This document shows, one piece after another, positions 48,239-58,054 of a stretch of DNA of 64,000 nucleotides. Below the pieces are notes generated by a model that saw only the letters and a list, made by a program, of their open reading frames with translations, ran no database searches and was not told the DNA's origin. Origin of the DNA: an uncultured Gemmatimonadales bacterium (GTDB taxonomy: Bacteria > Gemmatimonadota > Gemmatimonadetes > Longimicrobiales > Longimicrobiaceae); contig OY970303.1 of assembly GCA_963716255.1 (NCBI GenBank), forward strand, positions 1,472,001 to 1,536,000, written 5' to 3'. The position numbers were made by a program, and so were the translations under genes. Positions within the stretch are counted from its first letter, which is position 1. Every line of letters begins with the position of its first letter.

Positions 48239-49057
48239 CTACTCGTCGTCGCCCTCGGCGTCGTCCTCGTCCTCGTCCGGCTCGCGGAAGCGGATCACCA
48301 CCCGGTCGCCGAAGCGCTGCTCCACCACGCCGCCGTCCTGCGGGTCGGCCACCAGCCAGCCGTGGCCGTGCTGCCGCAGCGTGTCCTCGGCGAGCGCGGC
48401 CACGTCCACCATGCCGGCGAGCACCTGGTTGGCCTCGTCCTCGGGGCGCTTCTGCGCGTCGGAAAGGATGTCCACCGCGCCGTCCGGGAGCGTGGTGTAC
48501 TGCAGGAGCACCTGCGGCTCTTCGCGGTGCAGCCCCCAGGAGACGCGGTCCACGGCGATCTGGAGCGCGTCCGCGTCGGTGAGCGCCACGTAGGTGTCCT
48601 CGCCGTGCCGGAAGTACAGCTCGGACGACGGCCCCACCCCGGCGAAGTGCACGCTGTTGGAGCGGTCCTCCAGGAAGCGCGTGAGGATCCCCTTCTGCTC
48701 GTCGATGCGGGCGCGGTAGGTGGCCAGCCACTCCACCGCCGACGACACGAACGCCTGCACGCGCGGGTCCGTGGCGTACTCCACCGGGTGCGTCGCGGTC
48801 CATTCCCGCAGCTCCGCCGGGGTCGCCACCGCGTCCTCCTCCGCCCGCGCGATCACGTAGCGCACGTACTCCTCGGCCTCGGCCGCGAGGGGCAGCTCGC
48901 CCGCGGGGTCGTCGCGCAGGGCGTCCACGGTGTCGAGCACGTACTGCACGGCGGCGTCGCGCGACACCTGGATGGACTCGGCCAGCTTGGACGGCGCCAG
49001 GGTGCCGGCGGGGACGACGAGGAGGCGGAGGCTCTCCGCGTTGCAGAGGACGCACAT
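48239..49057 (-). CDS. Hypothetical acidic protein with N-terminal CxxC
   Basis: 272-aa ORF with protein-like composition (not an Arg/Pro/Gly shadow); starts MCVLC; no family recognised. Confidence 0.7.
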   Translation of the reverse strand: MCVLCNAESLRLLVVPAGTLAPSKLAESIQVSRDAAVQYVLDTVDALRDDPAGELPLAAEAEEYVRYVIARAEEDAVATPAELREWTATHPVEYATDPRVQAFVSSAVEWLATYRARIDEQKGILTRFLEDRSNSVHFAGVGPSSELYFRHGEDTYVALTDADALQIAVDRVSWGLHREEPQVLLQYTTLPDGAVDILSDAQKRPEDEANQVLAGMVDVAALAEDTLRQHGHGWLVADPQDGGVVEQRFGDRVVIRFREPDEDEDDAEGDDE

Positions 49058-49230
49058 AGGATTAAGTCGCGGGACTGGGAAACGGTTTCGGGGGAGCGTG
49101 ACGGCTCCGGTACAATGTAACGCGGGTGGGCCGCCGCGCTAACCTCCCCGTGTACACCGCATCGGCCCCGGGGTGCGCGGGGGCCGCAAAGCGGCCACGC
49201 CGTTGCGCCTCGGGCGTAAACGGATGTGGC

Positions 49231-50493
49231 CTACCCGTCCGTATGGGCGGGCCCCGGCGCGCGCGAACGGGCGAGGCCGCCGGCGAGCAGCAGCGGCGCG
49301 AGCAGACCGCCGCACGCGCCGATCCACAGGGTGGCGGGGATGCCCAGCGCCCCGGCGAGCGGGCCGGCGAGGAGCGCGCCCGCGGGGAGCATCACCCCGG
49401 TGGCGACGTGGAAGGCGGCGTTGGAGCGGCCCAGCACGGAGCCGGGGAGCTCGCGCTGGCGCAGGCTGACGGAGTGGACGCCGTACGCGGCCAGGAAGGC
49501 GTCGCCCACGAGCTGCTGCACCACCAGCAGGGGGACGGCGAGCCCGCCGGCGTGGGCGGCGAGGGGGATCAGCAGGCAGGAGGCCTGCCCGATGGCGAGG
49601 GTGACGGCCAGGGTGGGGCCGGTCCCCAGGGCGCGGCCCAGCGGCGCGGCGAGCAGCGCGCCCGCGAAGGCCCCCACCCCGCCCACGCTGATCACCAGCC
49701 CGGCGGCGGCGGGCGACAGGCCCAGCGTCTCCAGGGCGAGCACCATGTAGAGCGCGAGGAAGAAGCCGCCGAACAGGTAGGTGACGGTCTCGGCGAGGAG
49801 CACCGGGCCCACCCGCGGGTGCGCCAGGCAGGCACGGAAGCCGGCCCGCGCGTCGTCCCACACCGACGGGGCGGGGCCGGCCGCGGCGGGGGGCGACTCC
49901 CGCGCACGGATGCGCCCGAGCAGCAGGGCCGACCACAGGTAGGTGAGCGCGTCCACGACGAGCGCCACGGGCGCGGTCAGCAGCTGCACCAGCACGCCGG
50001 CGATCCCCGGGCCCGCCGCCTCGGCGACGGAGTCGGTGGCCTCCAGGCGCGCGTTGCCCTCCACCAGCAGGCCGGGGCCCACCAGGGCGGGGAGGAAGCT
50101 GTTGTCGGCGATCTGGAAGAGGGTGGTGGCGGCGCCCACCGCGGCCGCCACCGCGTACAGCTGCGCCATGGAGAGTGCACCCATCCACGCCGCGGCGGGG
50201 ATGGTGAGGATCAGCAGCGCCCGCACGAGGTCGGCGCCCACCAGCAGCGGACGCCGCGCGGTGCGGTCCACGCGTCCTCCGGCGAGCAGCCCCACCAGCA
50301 GGCCGGGCGCCACCCCCAGCGCCGACAGCACGGCCACCTGGCCGGGGGTCGCCTCCAGGGTGAGGATGGCGAGGATGGGGAGGGCGGTGCGCGTGATCCG
50401 GCTGCCGAACGCGCTGGCGGCCTGCGCGGCCCACAGCCGCAGGAAGTCCGGGTGGCGCCAGAGTCCGCCCGTGGGCCACCATCGGGTTGGCAT
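49231..50493 (-). CDS. MFS transporter (DHA3/macrolide-efflux-like)
   Basis: LWRHPDFLRLWAAQAASAFGS, motif A GGRVDRTARRPLL, many hydrophobic helices. Confidence 0.88.
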   Translation of the reverse strand: MPTRWWPTGGLWRHPDFLRLWAAQAASAFGSRITRTALPILAILTLEATPGQVAVLSALGVAPGLLVGLLAGGRVDRTARRPLLVGADLVRALLILTIPAAAWMGALSMAQLYAVAAAVGAATTLFQIADNSFLPALVGPGLLVEGNARLEATDSVAEAAGPGIAGVLVQLLTAPVALVVDALTYLWSALLLGRIRARESPPAAAGPAPSVWDDARAGFRACLAHPRVGPVLLAETVTYLFGGFFLALYMVLALETLGLSPAAAGLVISVGGVGAFAGALLAAPLGRALGTGPTLAVTLAIGQASCLLIPLAAHAGGLAVPLLVVQQLVGDAFLAAYGVHSVSLRQRELPGSVLGRSNAAFHVATGVMLPAGALLAGPLAGALGIPATLWIGACGGLLAPLLLAGGLARSRAPGPAHTDG

Positions 50494-50522
50494 CGGAGTT
50501 TTCAAGAAAGGCTTTGAACTGC

Positions 50523-50659
50523 GGGTTTGGGCGTGCCCCCGGCTGGCGCCGGGGTCGGGCTTCGGCTCCGTAAGCCCGCAAACAACGCGGGCTAACGGAG
50601 TCGAGCCCCCGCGAAACTGCCCGCGGGGTCTCGCCCCTTCGGGCCGAAATCCCTCACGC
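50523..50659 (+). repeat. Structured repeat family A, copy 7
   Basis: Identical to copy 2 from gggcgtg onward. Confidence 0.95.
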
Positions 50660-50682
50660 GGGGCTCGCGCTGGCGTCCGCGG

Positions 50683-50815
50683 GGGCCCCCACCCGGCGCT
50701 TCGCGCCACCCTCCCCCGTTCCGGGGGAGGGGAATCTCCACGCTTCGGTTCTCACCTTTCGTCGTGCCGTTCTCCCCCTCTCCCAGCATTGGGAGAGGGG
50801 GCCGGGGGGTGAGGT
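50683..50815 (-). repeat. Palindromic repeat family C copy
   Basis: ggcccccacccggcg...gccaccctcccc...ttctccccctctcccagcattgggagagggggccggggggtgagg. Confidence 0.75.
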
Positions 50816-50841
50816 CCGCCGTGGCCGGTCTTCGCCCCGAG

Positions 50842-51357
50842 CTACCCCCTCTCCAGCGTCCAGGCGAGCGGGATCGACATGAAGAACGGAACCGGGCAGC
50901 CGCCCTGGCTCGCCGGGCGGAAGCGCATTCTCTTCACCGCGGCGATGGTGGCGGCGTCGAGTTCGTTGTGCATGGAGGAACGCACCAGCTTCACGTCGCG
51001 CACGGCCCCCCGGGCGTCGAGGAGGGCGGCGACCTGGGTCGTCCCCTGCACGCCTGCGTCGCGCAGTGCCGGGGGGTACGTCGTCCTGAGGACCTCCTGA
51101 ATCTCGGCGAAGTTGTCGAGCTGCGGCTTGCGGTCGTGCGGCGCCAGGACCAGGTCCCTGGGGATCCGTCCGCCCACGAGGAGCCTGTGCAGCGAATCGA
51201 ACGCCGCGGCCTGGCTGGCCGGGTCGGGCGGCATGGCCACGGAGGCGCACGCCGCGGACGCGGACGCGGAGGCGGCCCCGCCGGCGGAGGCGCAGCCGGC
51301 TGCGAGGACGGAGAAGGCTCCGGGGAGGGCCAGGTGAAGAGCGAGTCTGGAGGTCAT
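50842..51357 (-). CDS. TonB C-terminal domain lipoprotein
   Basis: Lipobox AAGC; YPPALRDAGVQGT, GAVRDVKLVRSS..LDAATIAAVKRMRFRPA. Confidence 0.8.
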   Translation of the reverse strand: MTSRLALHLALPGAFSVLAAGCASAGGAASASASAACASVAMPPDPASQAAAFDSLHRLLVGGRIPRDLVLAPHDRKPQLDNFAEIQEVLRTTYPPALRDAGVQGTTQVAALLDARGAVRDVKLVRSSMHNELDAATIAAVKRMRFRPASQGGCPVPFFMSIPLAWTLERG

Positions 51358-51407
51358 CGCAGGAAGAGGCTGTGAGGGAAGTTCGGCCGGGAGCGCGGCG
51401 GAAAGCC

Positions 51408-52082
51408 CTACGGATCGGCGGTCACGAGGACGAGGGCGAAGCCGTCGTACCCCTTGCTCCCCACGGTCTGGATGGCGGTGGCACTCACCCGCGGCTCGGC
51501 GGCGGCGAGCTCGTTGAAGCGGCGGATCCCCCGCACGCTCTCGTCCTCGCTGGCCGCGTCGGCGACCGCGCCGTCGCGCACCACGTTGTCCACGACGATG
51601 AGGGTGCCGCGCCGCGCGAGCCGCAGCGCCCACTGGAAGTACTCGGGGGTGCTCGGCTTGTCCGCGTCGATGAACACCACGTCGAACGGCGCCAGCCCCT
51701 CCTCCGCCAGCCGCGGCAGCGTTTCCAGCGCCGGCCCCACCCGCACCTCCGCCACCCCGGCGAGCCCCGCGCGCGCCAGGTTGCCGCGCGCCACCTCGGC
51801 GTACTCCGGGCTCGCCTCCAGCGTCACCAGCCGGCCGTCCGCGGGGAGCGCCCGCGCCAGCCAGATGGTGCTGTACCCGCCCAGCGTCCCGATCTCCAGG
51901 ATGCGCCGTGCCCCCTGGAGCTTCGCCAGCAGCATCAGCAGCTTGCCCTGGTTGGGCGCCACGCCGATCGCCGGCAGCCCCGCCGCCTCGCTGGCCTCCA
52001 GCGCCGCGTCCAGGTCCGGATCCGCCGGCACCAGCAGATCGTTGATGTAGCGGTCCACGGCCGTCCACTGCTCCTGCGACAT
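51408..52082 (-). CDS. SAM-dependent O-methyltransferase (YrrM/caffeoyl-CoA type)
   Basis: ILEIGTLGGYSTIWLA, FIDADK, VDNVVR, KGYDG; GGAGGA RBS. Confidence 0.92.
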   Translation of the reverse strand: MSQEQWTAVDRYINDLLVPADPDLDAALEASEAAGLPAIGVAPNQGKLLMLLAKLQGARRILEIGTLGGYSTIWLARALPADGRLVTLEASPEYAEVARGNLARAGLAGVAEVRVGPALETLPRLAEEGLAPFDVVFIDADKPSTPEYFQWALRLARRGTLIVVDNVVRDGAVADAASEDESVRGIRRFNELAAAEPRVSATAIQTVGSKGYDGFALVLVTADP

Positions 52083-52127
52083 GGCTCCTCCGGAATGGCG
52101 AGGGAAACGAGGACGCAGCTCGAACCC

Positions 52128-52263
52128 GCGTGAGGGATTCGCGCCCGGAGGGGCGAGACCCCGCGGCTGTTTGCGGGGGCTCGCCGGAGTTACGCACGGT
52201 CGTATCGTGCGTTGCTCCGCGCGAAGCCCGACCCCGGCGCCAGCCGGGGGCACGCCCGACCCC
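52128..52263 (-). repeat. Structured repeat family A, copy 8 (divergent)
   Basis: Stem arms swapped (cggag...ctccg instead of ctccg...cggag) but still paired. Confidence 0.9.
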
Positions 52264-52281
52264 GCAGTTGAAATCAGCTCC

Positions 52282-52731
52282 TCAGCGCACGGCTTCCAGG
52301 TCGGAGAGCGAATACCCCACGCCCGCGTCGTTCGCCAGCGTGCCGATGACCACCTGCGCCGGGTACGCGCGCGCGGGATGGTACGCCGCCTCCAGGTAGG
52401 TGCCGTCGCGCGCGGCCGTGGCGATCCGCTCGAACATCTCCTCCACGGTGACGCCCAGCTCCAGGCTCAGCGCCTGCCCCGTGCGGATGCTCGTCACCTT
52501 GACCACGCGGTCGTCGCGCACCTCCACGCGGACCGGCTGCGTGGCCTCCACGGGGCAGAAGCACGTGCGCGCGAGCGTGAAGCGGTAGTCGTCCAGCCCC
52601 TGCGCCTCCCACTTCCGCATCTGCTCGGCGGCCTCGCCGGAGACGGGGTCCGGCCCGGTGACGGCGGCGCACCCGCCGAGGGAAAACAGCGCGGACAGCA
52701 GGACGAGCATCGAACGAGGGTGTGTGGTCAT
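52282..52731 (-). CDS. DUF6174-like lipoprotein
   Basis: Lipobox LGGC; WEAQGLDDYRFTLARTCFC. Confidence 0.75.
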   Translation of the reverse strand: MTTHPRSMLVLLSALFSLGGCAAVTGPDPVSGEAAEQMRKWEAQGLDDYRFTLARTCFCPVEATQPVRVEVRDDRVVKVTSIRTGQALSLELGVTVEEMFERIATAARDGTYLEAAYHPARAYPAQVVIGTLANDAGVGYSLSDLEAVR

Positions 52732-52837
52732 GACATGCCTCCGTGGTGTGCGTGGACGGTACGATCCGCAGGGAATGACGACCGTCGTGCCCGCCACGCC
52801 ACGCTCCAGGTAGTACGGGGCCGCCCGGCTCGGAGTT

Positions 52838-52972
52838 GCGTGAGGGATTTCGGCCCGAAGGGGCGAGACCCGCGGGCGGTTTCGCGGGGCTCGACTCCGT
52901 TACGCAGCGTTGTTTGCTGCGTTACGGAGCCGAAGCCCGACCCCGGCGCCAGCCGGGGGCACGCCCGAACCC
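52838..52972 (-). repeat. Structured repeat family A, copy 9
   Basis: Stem variant acgcagc/gctgcgt. Confidence 0.95.
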
Positions 52973-53007
52973 GGCCGTTCGCCCGTCTCAAGCCCCCGGA
53001 TCCATCC

Positions 53008-55179
53008 TCAGAGGGGAAGCTCGACGTCCTCGCCCCACAGGTGCCGGCCGAACCACTGCCAGTTGTGCCAGGTGGCGGCCAGCTGCTCCTTCGGCTTGTC
53101 TATGCCGTGCCCGAAGCCGCGGTACACCACCAGCCGGGTCTCCACCCCCTGGTCTTGGAGCCCCTGGAAGAGCTCGTACGCGTTGGCGATGGGGACGCGC
53201 GGGTCGCGCTCGCCGTGCTGGATGAGCGTGGGCGTGCGCGCCTGCTTGACGTAGGTGATGGGCGAGGTGCGCGCGTAGACCTCCGGGTCGCTCCAGGGGG
53301 TGCCCTTGAGGTACTGGCGGGTGAAGGGGTGGATGTCGGTGTTGACGTAGTAGGTCATCCAGTCCGAGATCCCGGCGCCCACGGAGATGGCCCGGAAGCG
53401 GGTGGAGGTGGTGGTGAGGAAGGCGGAGATGTAGCCGCCCTGGCTCCACCCCATGGCCGCCATGCGGGTGGTGTCGACCACGCCCTGCTTCACCAGGTGG
53501 TCCACGCCGGAAAGCACGTCCCACGCGTCGCCCACCCCCAGGTTGCGCACGTTGAGCGCGCGGAAGCGCTCGCCGTAGCCGGCCGAGCCGCGGTAGTTGG
53601 GACGCAGCACCAGCGCGCCCTTGGCCAGCCACTGGAGCACGGGGTAGACGTAGCCGGTCACCGGCTGCGGGTAGTCGATGGAGGTGGGCCCGCCGTGGAG
53701 CACCACCATCAGCGGGTACTTGCGCGACGGGTCGAAGCCCGGCGGCCGGTGGAGCACCCCCTCCACGCGCGCGCCGTCGGTGCTCGTCCAGCTCACCGTC
53801 TCGCTGGTGCCCAGCCCCCACGACGCGATCTGCCGCGACATGTCCGTGACCGCCACGGGGCGGTACGAGGCCAGGGTGGCGCGGTACACCTCGGGGAGGG
53901 TGGCGGGCGTCTGCCCCACCAGCGCCAGCGTGCGCCCGTCCGCCGAGAAGTCCACGGCGGTCACCACCTCCGGCGCGCGGGAGATGCGCCGCGTGCGCCC
54001 GGTCCGCCCGTCCACGGCGTACAGGCCGCGCTCGGTCCCGCTCCAGGCGAGCAGGTGGATGCCGGCGGGGGTCCAGGTGTAGCTCCCCACCTGCTCGTCC
54101 AGGTCGGCGGCCAGCCGCTCGGGGGTCCCGCCGGCGGCGGGGACGCGGGCCAGTTGCCCGTTGGTGTAGAAGCTGGACACGGTGTCCCCGGCCGAGGTGG
54201 AGAACAGCACCCACCGCGAGTCGGGCGACCACACGGGGCCGCCCTCGTACCCCGGCCCCGCCACCAGGGCGCGCCCGGGGCCGCCCGCGGCGGGGACGAT
54301 CCACACGTCGGCGCTGTTGGTGGCGTTGATCCCGGGGTCGGAGCGGCGCTCGTAGGCGATGCTGCTCCCGTCCGGCGACCAGGCGAAGCCGCTCACGGTG
54401 AAGCCGCGCCCGCCGGTGAGGCGGCGCGGCTCGGGGATGGCGGCGCACCCGGGGCCCACGCGCGCGGTGCCGCCGGGGGAGGCGGCGGAGTCGGCCCGCG
54501 GGGCGCCGGCGCCCGCGGAGTCCGCGCGGGCGGGGTCGGCCCGGGTGGAGTCGGGGCGGGCGGGGCAGGCGTCGCCTCCGGGGAGCTCGTCCGGGGCCAC
54601 GTCCACCACCCACAGGTGCGACTGGCGGAACTCGGCGTCCTCCACCGCGAAGTCGCCGTAGCGCTCGCGCCGCTTCCGCATGGCCTCGTCCTCGGGCTCC
54701 TGCGCGGCGAAGGCGATGCGGCGCCCGTCGGGCGACCAGCGGAAGGCGCCCACGCCCTCCTTCCACGAGGTCAGCTTGCGCGCCTCGCCCCCGGCGGCGC
54801 GCACCAGGTACACCTGGGAGCGGTCGCCGCGGTCGGCGGCGAAGGCGATCCAGCGCCCGTCCGGCGACCAGCGCGGCCCGGTGCTGCTCCCCTTCTCGGT
54901 GCGGGTGAGCTGGAAGGGCTCCTCGCCCTGCCGGGCCAGCCAGACCTCGGTGTCGAAGCGGTTCTCGCGCCAGTCCGTGGTGCGCACGGTGAAGGCGACG
55001 GCGCGGCCGTCCGGGGAGATGGCGGGCGAGCCGGCGCTGCGCAGCCCGATGACGTCCTCGAAGGCGGGGCCGGGAACGCGGGCCTGGGAGGCCAGCGCGA
55101 CGGGCGCGGCGGCGCAGGCGAGCAGGGCGGCGAGCGTGGCCGCCGGCGTGATGGGGGCCGTGCGGGAGCGACGGGTCAT
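53008..55179 (-). CDS. S9 prolyl oligopeptidase / acylaminoacyl-peptidase family protein
   Basis: Signal peptide; WSPDG propeller repeats; HGGP, NYRGSAGYG, GWSQGG, HGERDPRVP, GHG. Confidence 0.93.
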   Translation of the reverse strand: MTRRSRTAPITPAATLAALLACAAAPVALASQARVPGPAFEDVIGLRSAGSPAISPDGRAVAFTVRTTDWRENRFDTEVWLARQGEEPFQLTRTEKGSSTGPRWSPDGRWIAFAADRGDRSQVYLVRAAGGEARKLTSWKEGVGAFRWSPDGRRIAFAAQEPEDEAMRKRRERYGDFAVEDAEFRQSHLWVVDVAPDELPGGDACPARPDSTRADPARADSAGAGAPRADSAASPGGTARVGPGCAAIPEPRRLTGGRGFTVSGFAWSPDGSSIAYERRSDPGINATNSADVWIVPAAGGPGRALVAGPGYEGGPVWSPDSRWVLFSTSAGDTVSSFYTNGQLARVPAAGGTPERLAADLDEQVGSYTWTPAGIHLLAWSGTERGLYAVDGRTGRTRRISRAPEVVTAVDFSADGRTLALVGQTPATLPEVYRATLASYRPVAVTDMSRQIASWGLGTSETVSWTSTDGARVEGVLHRPPGFDPSRKYPLMVVLHGGPTSIDYPQPVTGYVYPVLQWLAKGALVLRPNYRGSAGYGERFRALNVRNLGVGDAWDVLSGVDHLVKQGVVDTTRMAAMGWSQGGYISAFLTTTSTRFRAISVGAGISDWMTYYVNTDIHPFTRQYLKGTPWSDPEVYARTSPITYVKQARTPTLIQHGERDPRVPIANAYELFQGLQDQGVETRLVVYRGFGHGIDKPKEQLAATWHNWQWFGRHLWGEDVELPL

Positions 55180-55412
55180 GGAGGGTTCTCCGGGAGCGGC
55201 CGGGCCGGGTAGAAGGGGGCTGGGCGACGCACACAACGTCGGGCGCGGCGCGGCGGCGCACAAGGGCGGCGGACGCGGGAGTTGTGGGGCGGCGCCGGGT
55301 TCGCGATGTTGACGGTCGGCGCCCGCCGTCCCAACCCCGCGGGCGCGGGCGGTGTCCTACCCGGGAGCCCCGCACCCGCCGGTGCCGCCCTCCACCCCCC
55401 ACCGTGCCGCCG

Positions 55413-57443
55413 ATGCCACTCCCCAGGTCCGTACTCGCCGCTCCGCTGGCGCTCGCGCTGCTCGCCGCGGGCGCCGCCGCGCAGACTCCCGCCGCCGCCC
55501 TGAACCCGGCGGACGTGGACACCACCTGCGCCCCGTGCCGCAACTTCTACCGCTTCGCCACGGGCGGGTGGGAGAAGCGCACCCCCATCCCGCCCGCCTA
55601 CTCCTCGTGGAGCAGCTTCAACGAGCTGGCCGACCGCAACCAGGCCGTGCTCCGCGGCATCCTGGAAACGGCCGCGCGCGAGGCGGAAACCACCGCCGAG
55701 GCGGACCGCCGCCGGCTGGGCCGCTTCTACGCCACCTGCATGGACAGCGCGCGCGCCGAGTCGGAGGGCGCCGCGCCCATCGCCGACGACCTGCGGCGCG
55801 TCGCGGCGGTGCGCACCCGCGAGCAGCTGGGCGCGGAGATCGCGCGGCTGCACGCGGCCGGGCTGGACCTGGTCTTCAACGGCGGCGCCACGCGCGACGA
55901 CCGCGACAGCCGCCGCACCATCTTCCAGGCGGCGCAGGGCGGGATGGGGCTGCGCGACCGCGACTTCTACTTCCAGGCGGACTCCGCCGGGCGGAAGATG
56001 CGGGCGGACTATCGCGACCACGTGGCCGCCGTGCTGCGGCTGCTGGGCGACTCGCCCGCCGCGGCCTCGGCGGGCGCGGAGCGGGTGCTGGCGCTGGAAA
56101 CGGCGCTCGCCGAGGGGGCCATGAACCGCCTTCAGCAGCGCGATCCCGACGCGCAGTACAACCTGATGTCCGTGGCCGCGGCGCAGGCGCTCGCCCCGGC
56201 CTTTTCCTGGGCCGGGTACCTGCGGGCGCAGGGGCTGGAGCGGGTGGACTCGCTCAACATCGCCCAGCCCGCCTTCTTCCGGGGGCTGGGGCGCGCCCTG
56301 GCGGAGCGCCCGCTGGACGACTGGAAGACCTACCTGCGCTTCCACCTGGCGGGCCGCGCCTCCCCCTGGCTGAGCTCCGCCTTCGCGCGGCAGGACTTCG
56401 CCTACGCGTCCGTTCTTTCCGGAGTGCGGCAGATGCAGCCCCGCTGGCGCCAGTGCCTGGGGCGGGCGGACGACCTGCTGGGCGAAGCGCTGGGGCGCGA
56501 GTACGCCGCCGTGGCCTTCACCCCGGAGGCCAAGGCGCAGATGAACGAGATGATCGACAACCTGTTCGCCGTGTACCGGGAGCGCATCCGCACGGTGCCG
56601 TGGATGGGCGAGGAGACGCGGCGGCAGGCGCTGTCCAAGCTGTCGACCTTCGACCGCAAGATCGGCTACCCGGAGCGCTGGCGCGACTACTCGGGCTTCG
56701 AGGTGGAGCCGGGGAGCTTCTACGCCAACGTGCGCCGCGGGCAGGCCTTCGAGGCGAGGCGCGAGCGGGGGCAGATCGGGGCGCCGGTGGACCGGACGGA
56801 GTGGGCCATGACGGTGCCCACCGTGAACGCCTACTACTCGTCCAACAGCAACGAGATCGTCTTCCCGGCGGGGCGCCTGCAGTCGCCCTTCTTCCACCCG
56901 GCGTACGACATCGGCGCCAACTACGGCGGGATCGGCGCCACCATCGGCCACGAGGTGTCGCACGGCTTCGACGACCAGGGGCGCAAGTTCGACGCGCAGG
57001 GGAACCTGCGGGACTGGTGGACGGCGGACGACGCGGCCCGCTTCGGGGAGCTGGCGGGGCGGGTGGAGCGCCAGTACGGCGCCTACACCGTGCTGGACAG
57101 CCTGCACCTGAACGCAAAGCAGACCATGGGCGAGAACATCGCCGACGTGGCGGGGGTCGCCATCGCCTTCCAGGCCCTGCAGCGCGCGCTGCAGGGGAAG
57201 CCGCGGGAGCTGATCGACGGCTACACGCCGGAGCAGCGCTTCTTCCTGGCGTACGCGCAGGCCCGCCGGCAGGTGTGGCGCGACCCGGCGCTGCGCATCC
57301 AGGTGCAGACGGGGGTGCACTCCCCCGGCGAGTTCCGCGTCAACGGTCCGCTCGCCAACATGCCGGAGTTCGCGGCGGCCTGGGGGTGCAAGGCGGGCGA
57401 TCCCATGGTGCGGCCGGAGGCGGAGCGGGTGAGGATCTGGTAG
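55413..57443 (+). CDS. M13 (neprilysin/PepO) metalloendopeptidase
   Basis: Signal peptide; VNAYY, HEVSHGFDDQG, ENIAD, HSPGEFRV. Confidence 0.94.
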   Translation: MPLPRSVLAAPLALALLAAGAAAQTPAAALNPADVDTTCAPCRNFYRFATGGWEKRTPIPPAYSSWSSFNELADRNQAVLRGILETAAREAETTAEADRRRLGRFYATCMDSARAESEGAAPIADDLRRVAAVRTREQLGAEIARLHAAGLDLVFNGGATRDDRDSRRTIFQAAQGGMGLRDRDFYFQADSAGRKMRADYRDHVAAVLRLLGDSPAAASAGAERVLALETALAEGAMNRLQQRDPDAQYNLMSVAAAQALAPAFSWAGYLRAQGLERVDSLNIAQPAFFRGLGRALAERPLDDWKTYLRFHLAGRASPWLSSAFARQDFAYASVLSGVRQMQPRWRQCLGRADDLLGEALGREYAAVAFTPEAKAQMNEMIDNLFAVYRERIRTVPWMGEETRRQALSKLSTFDRKIGYPERWRDYSGFEVEPGSFYANVRRGQAFEARRERGQIGAPVDRTEWAMTVPTVNAYYSSNSNEIVFPAGRLQSPFFHPAYDIGANYGGIGATIGHEVSHGFDDQGRKFDAQGNLRDWWTADDAARFGELAGRVERQYGAYTVLDSLHLNAKQTMGENIADVAGVAIAFQALQRALQGKPRELIDGYTPEQRFFLAYAQARRQVWRDPALRIQVQTGVHSPGEFRVNGPLANMPEFAAAWGCKAGDPMVRPEAERVRIW

Positions 57444-57469
57444 ACGAATACGAAGTGGGTTGAACGGCA

Positions 57470-57605
57470 GGGTTCGGGCGTGCCCCCCGCGGGGCGCGGG
57501 GGTCGGGCTTCGGCTCCGTAACGCAGCAAACAACGCTGCGTAACGGAGTCGAGCCCGCGCAAACAGCCGCGCGGTCTCGCCCCTTCGGGCCGTAATCCCT
57601 CACGC
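57470..57605 (+). repeat. Structured repeat family A, copy 10
   Basis: First hairpin replaced by ccccgcg-ggg-cgcgggg; stem acgcagc-aaacaac-gctgcgt. Confidence 0.93.
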
Positions 57606-57711
57606 AGGCTCCGGCGTGACCGCGAGATCCGGCGGTCGCTCCCCTGCCCGCTCGCTCCAAACAGCCAGCGAGCGCGCCCCCGCCGGGATCTCCCGGCGGG
57701 GGCGCGTCGTT

Positions 57712-57870
57712 GGGCCCTCCCCCGGCTCGCTTGAGGCTCGCCACCCGGGTCCTTCATCCGGTTCACGCGAAGCGTGAAGCGCCTTCCTGGGAGAGGGGAC
57801 CAACTGCGGCCCCGGTGTAGTTCTCCCCCTCTCCCGCTTGCGGGGGAGGGGGCCGGGGGGAGGGGGCCCC
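57712..57870 (-). repeat. Palindromic repeat family C copy
   Basis: Reverse complement shares both ends and the internal hairpin with 14243-14350. Confidence 0.8.
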
Positions 57871-57892
57871 AGCGGACGCCGGCGCGATCCCC

Positions 57893-58029
57893 GCGTGAGG
57901 GATTTCGGCCCGAAGGGGCGAGACCCCGCGGGCAGTTTCGCGGGGGCTCGACTCCGTTAGCCCGCGTTGTTTGCGGGCTTACGGAGCCGAAGCCCGACCC
58001 CGGCGCCAGCCGGGGACACGCCCGAACCC
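57893..58029 (-). repeat. Structured repeat family A, copy 11
   Basis: One substitution relative to copy 2. Confidence 0.95.
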
Positions 58030-58054
58030 GCCGGTTCTCCTGATCCCCGCTGGT

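Noticed and set aside
47873..48593. Recurrent ORF starts such as MRDFGPKGRDP, MFAALRSRSPTPAPAGGTP and MRAYGAEARPRRQPGARP as a peptide family
   Set aside because: They are different-frame translations of the repeat; stem covariation points to selection on structure, not on peptide
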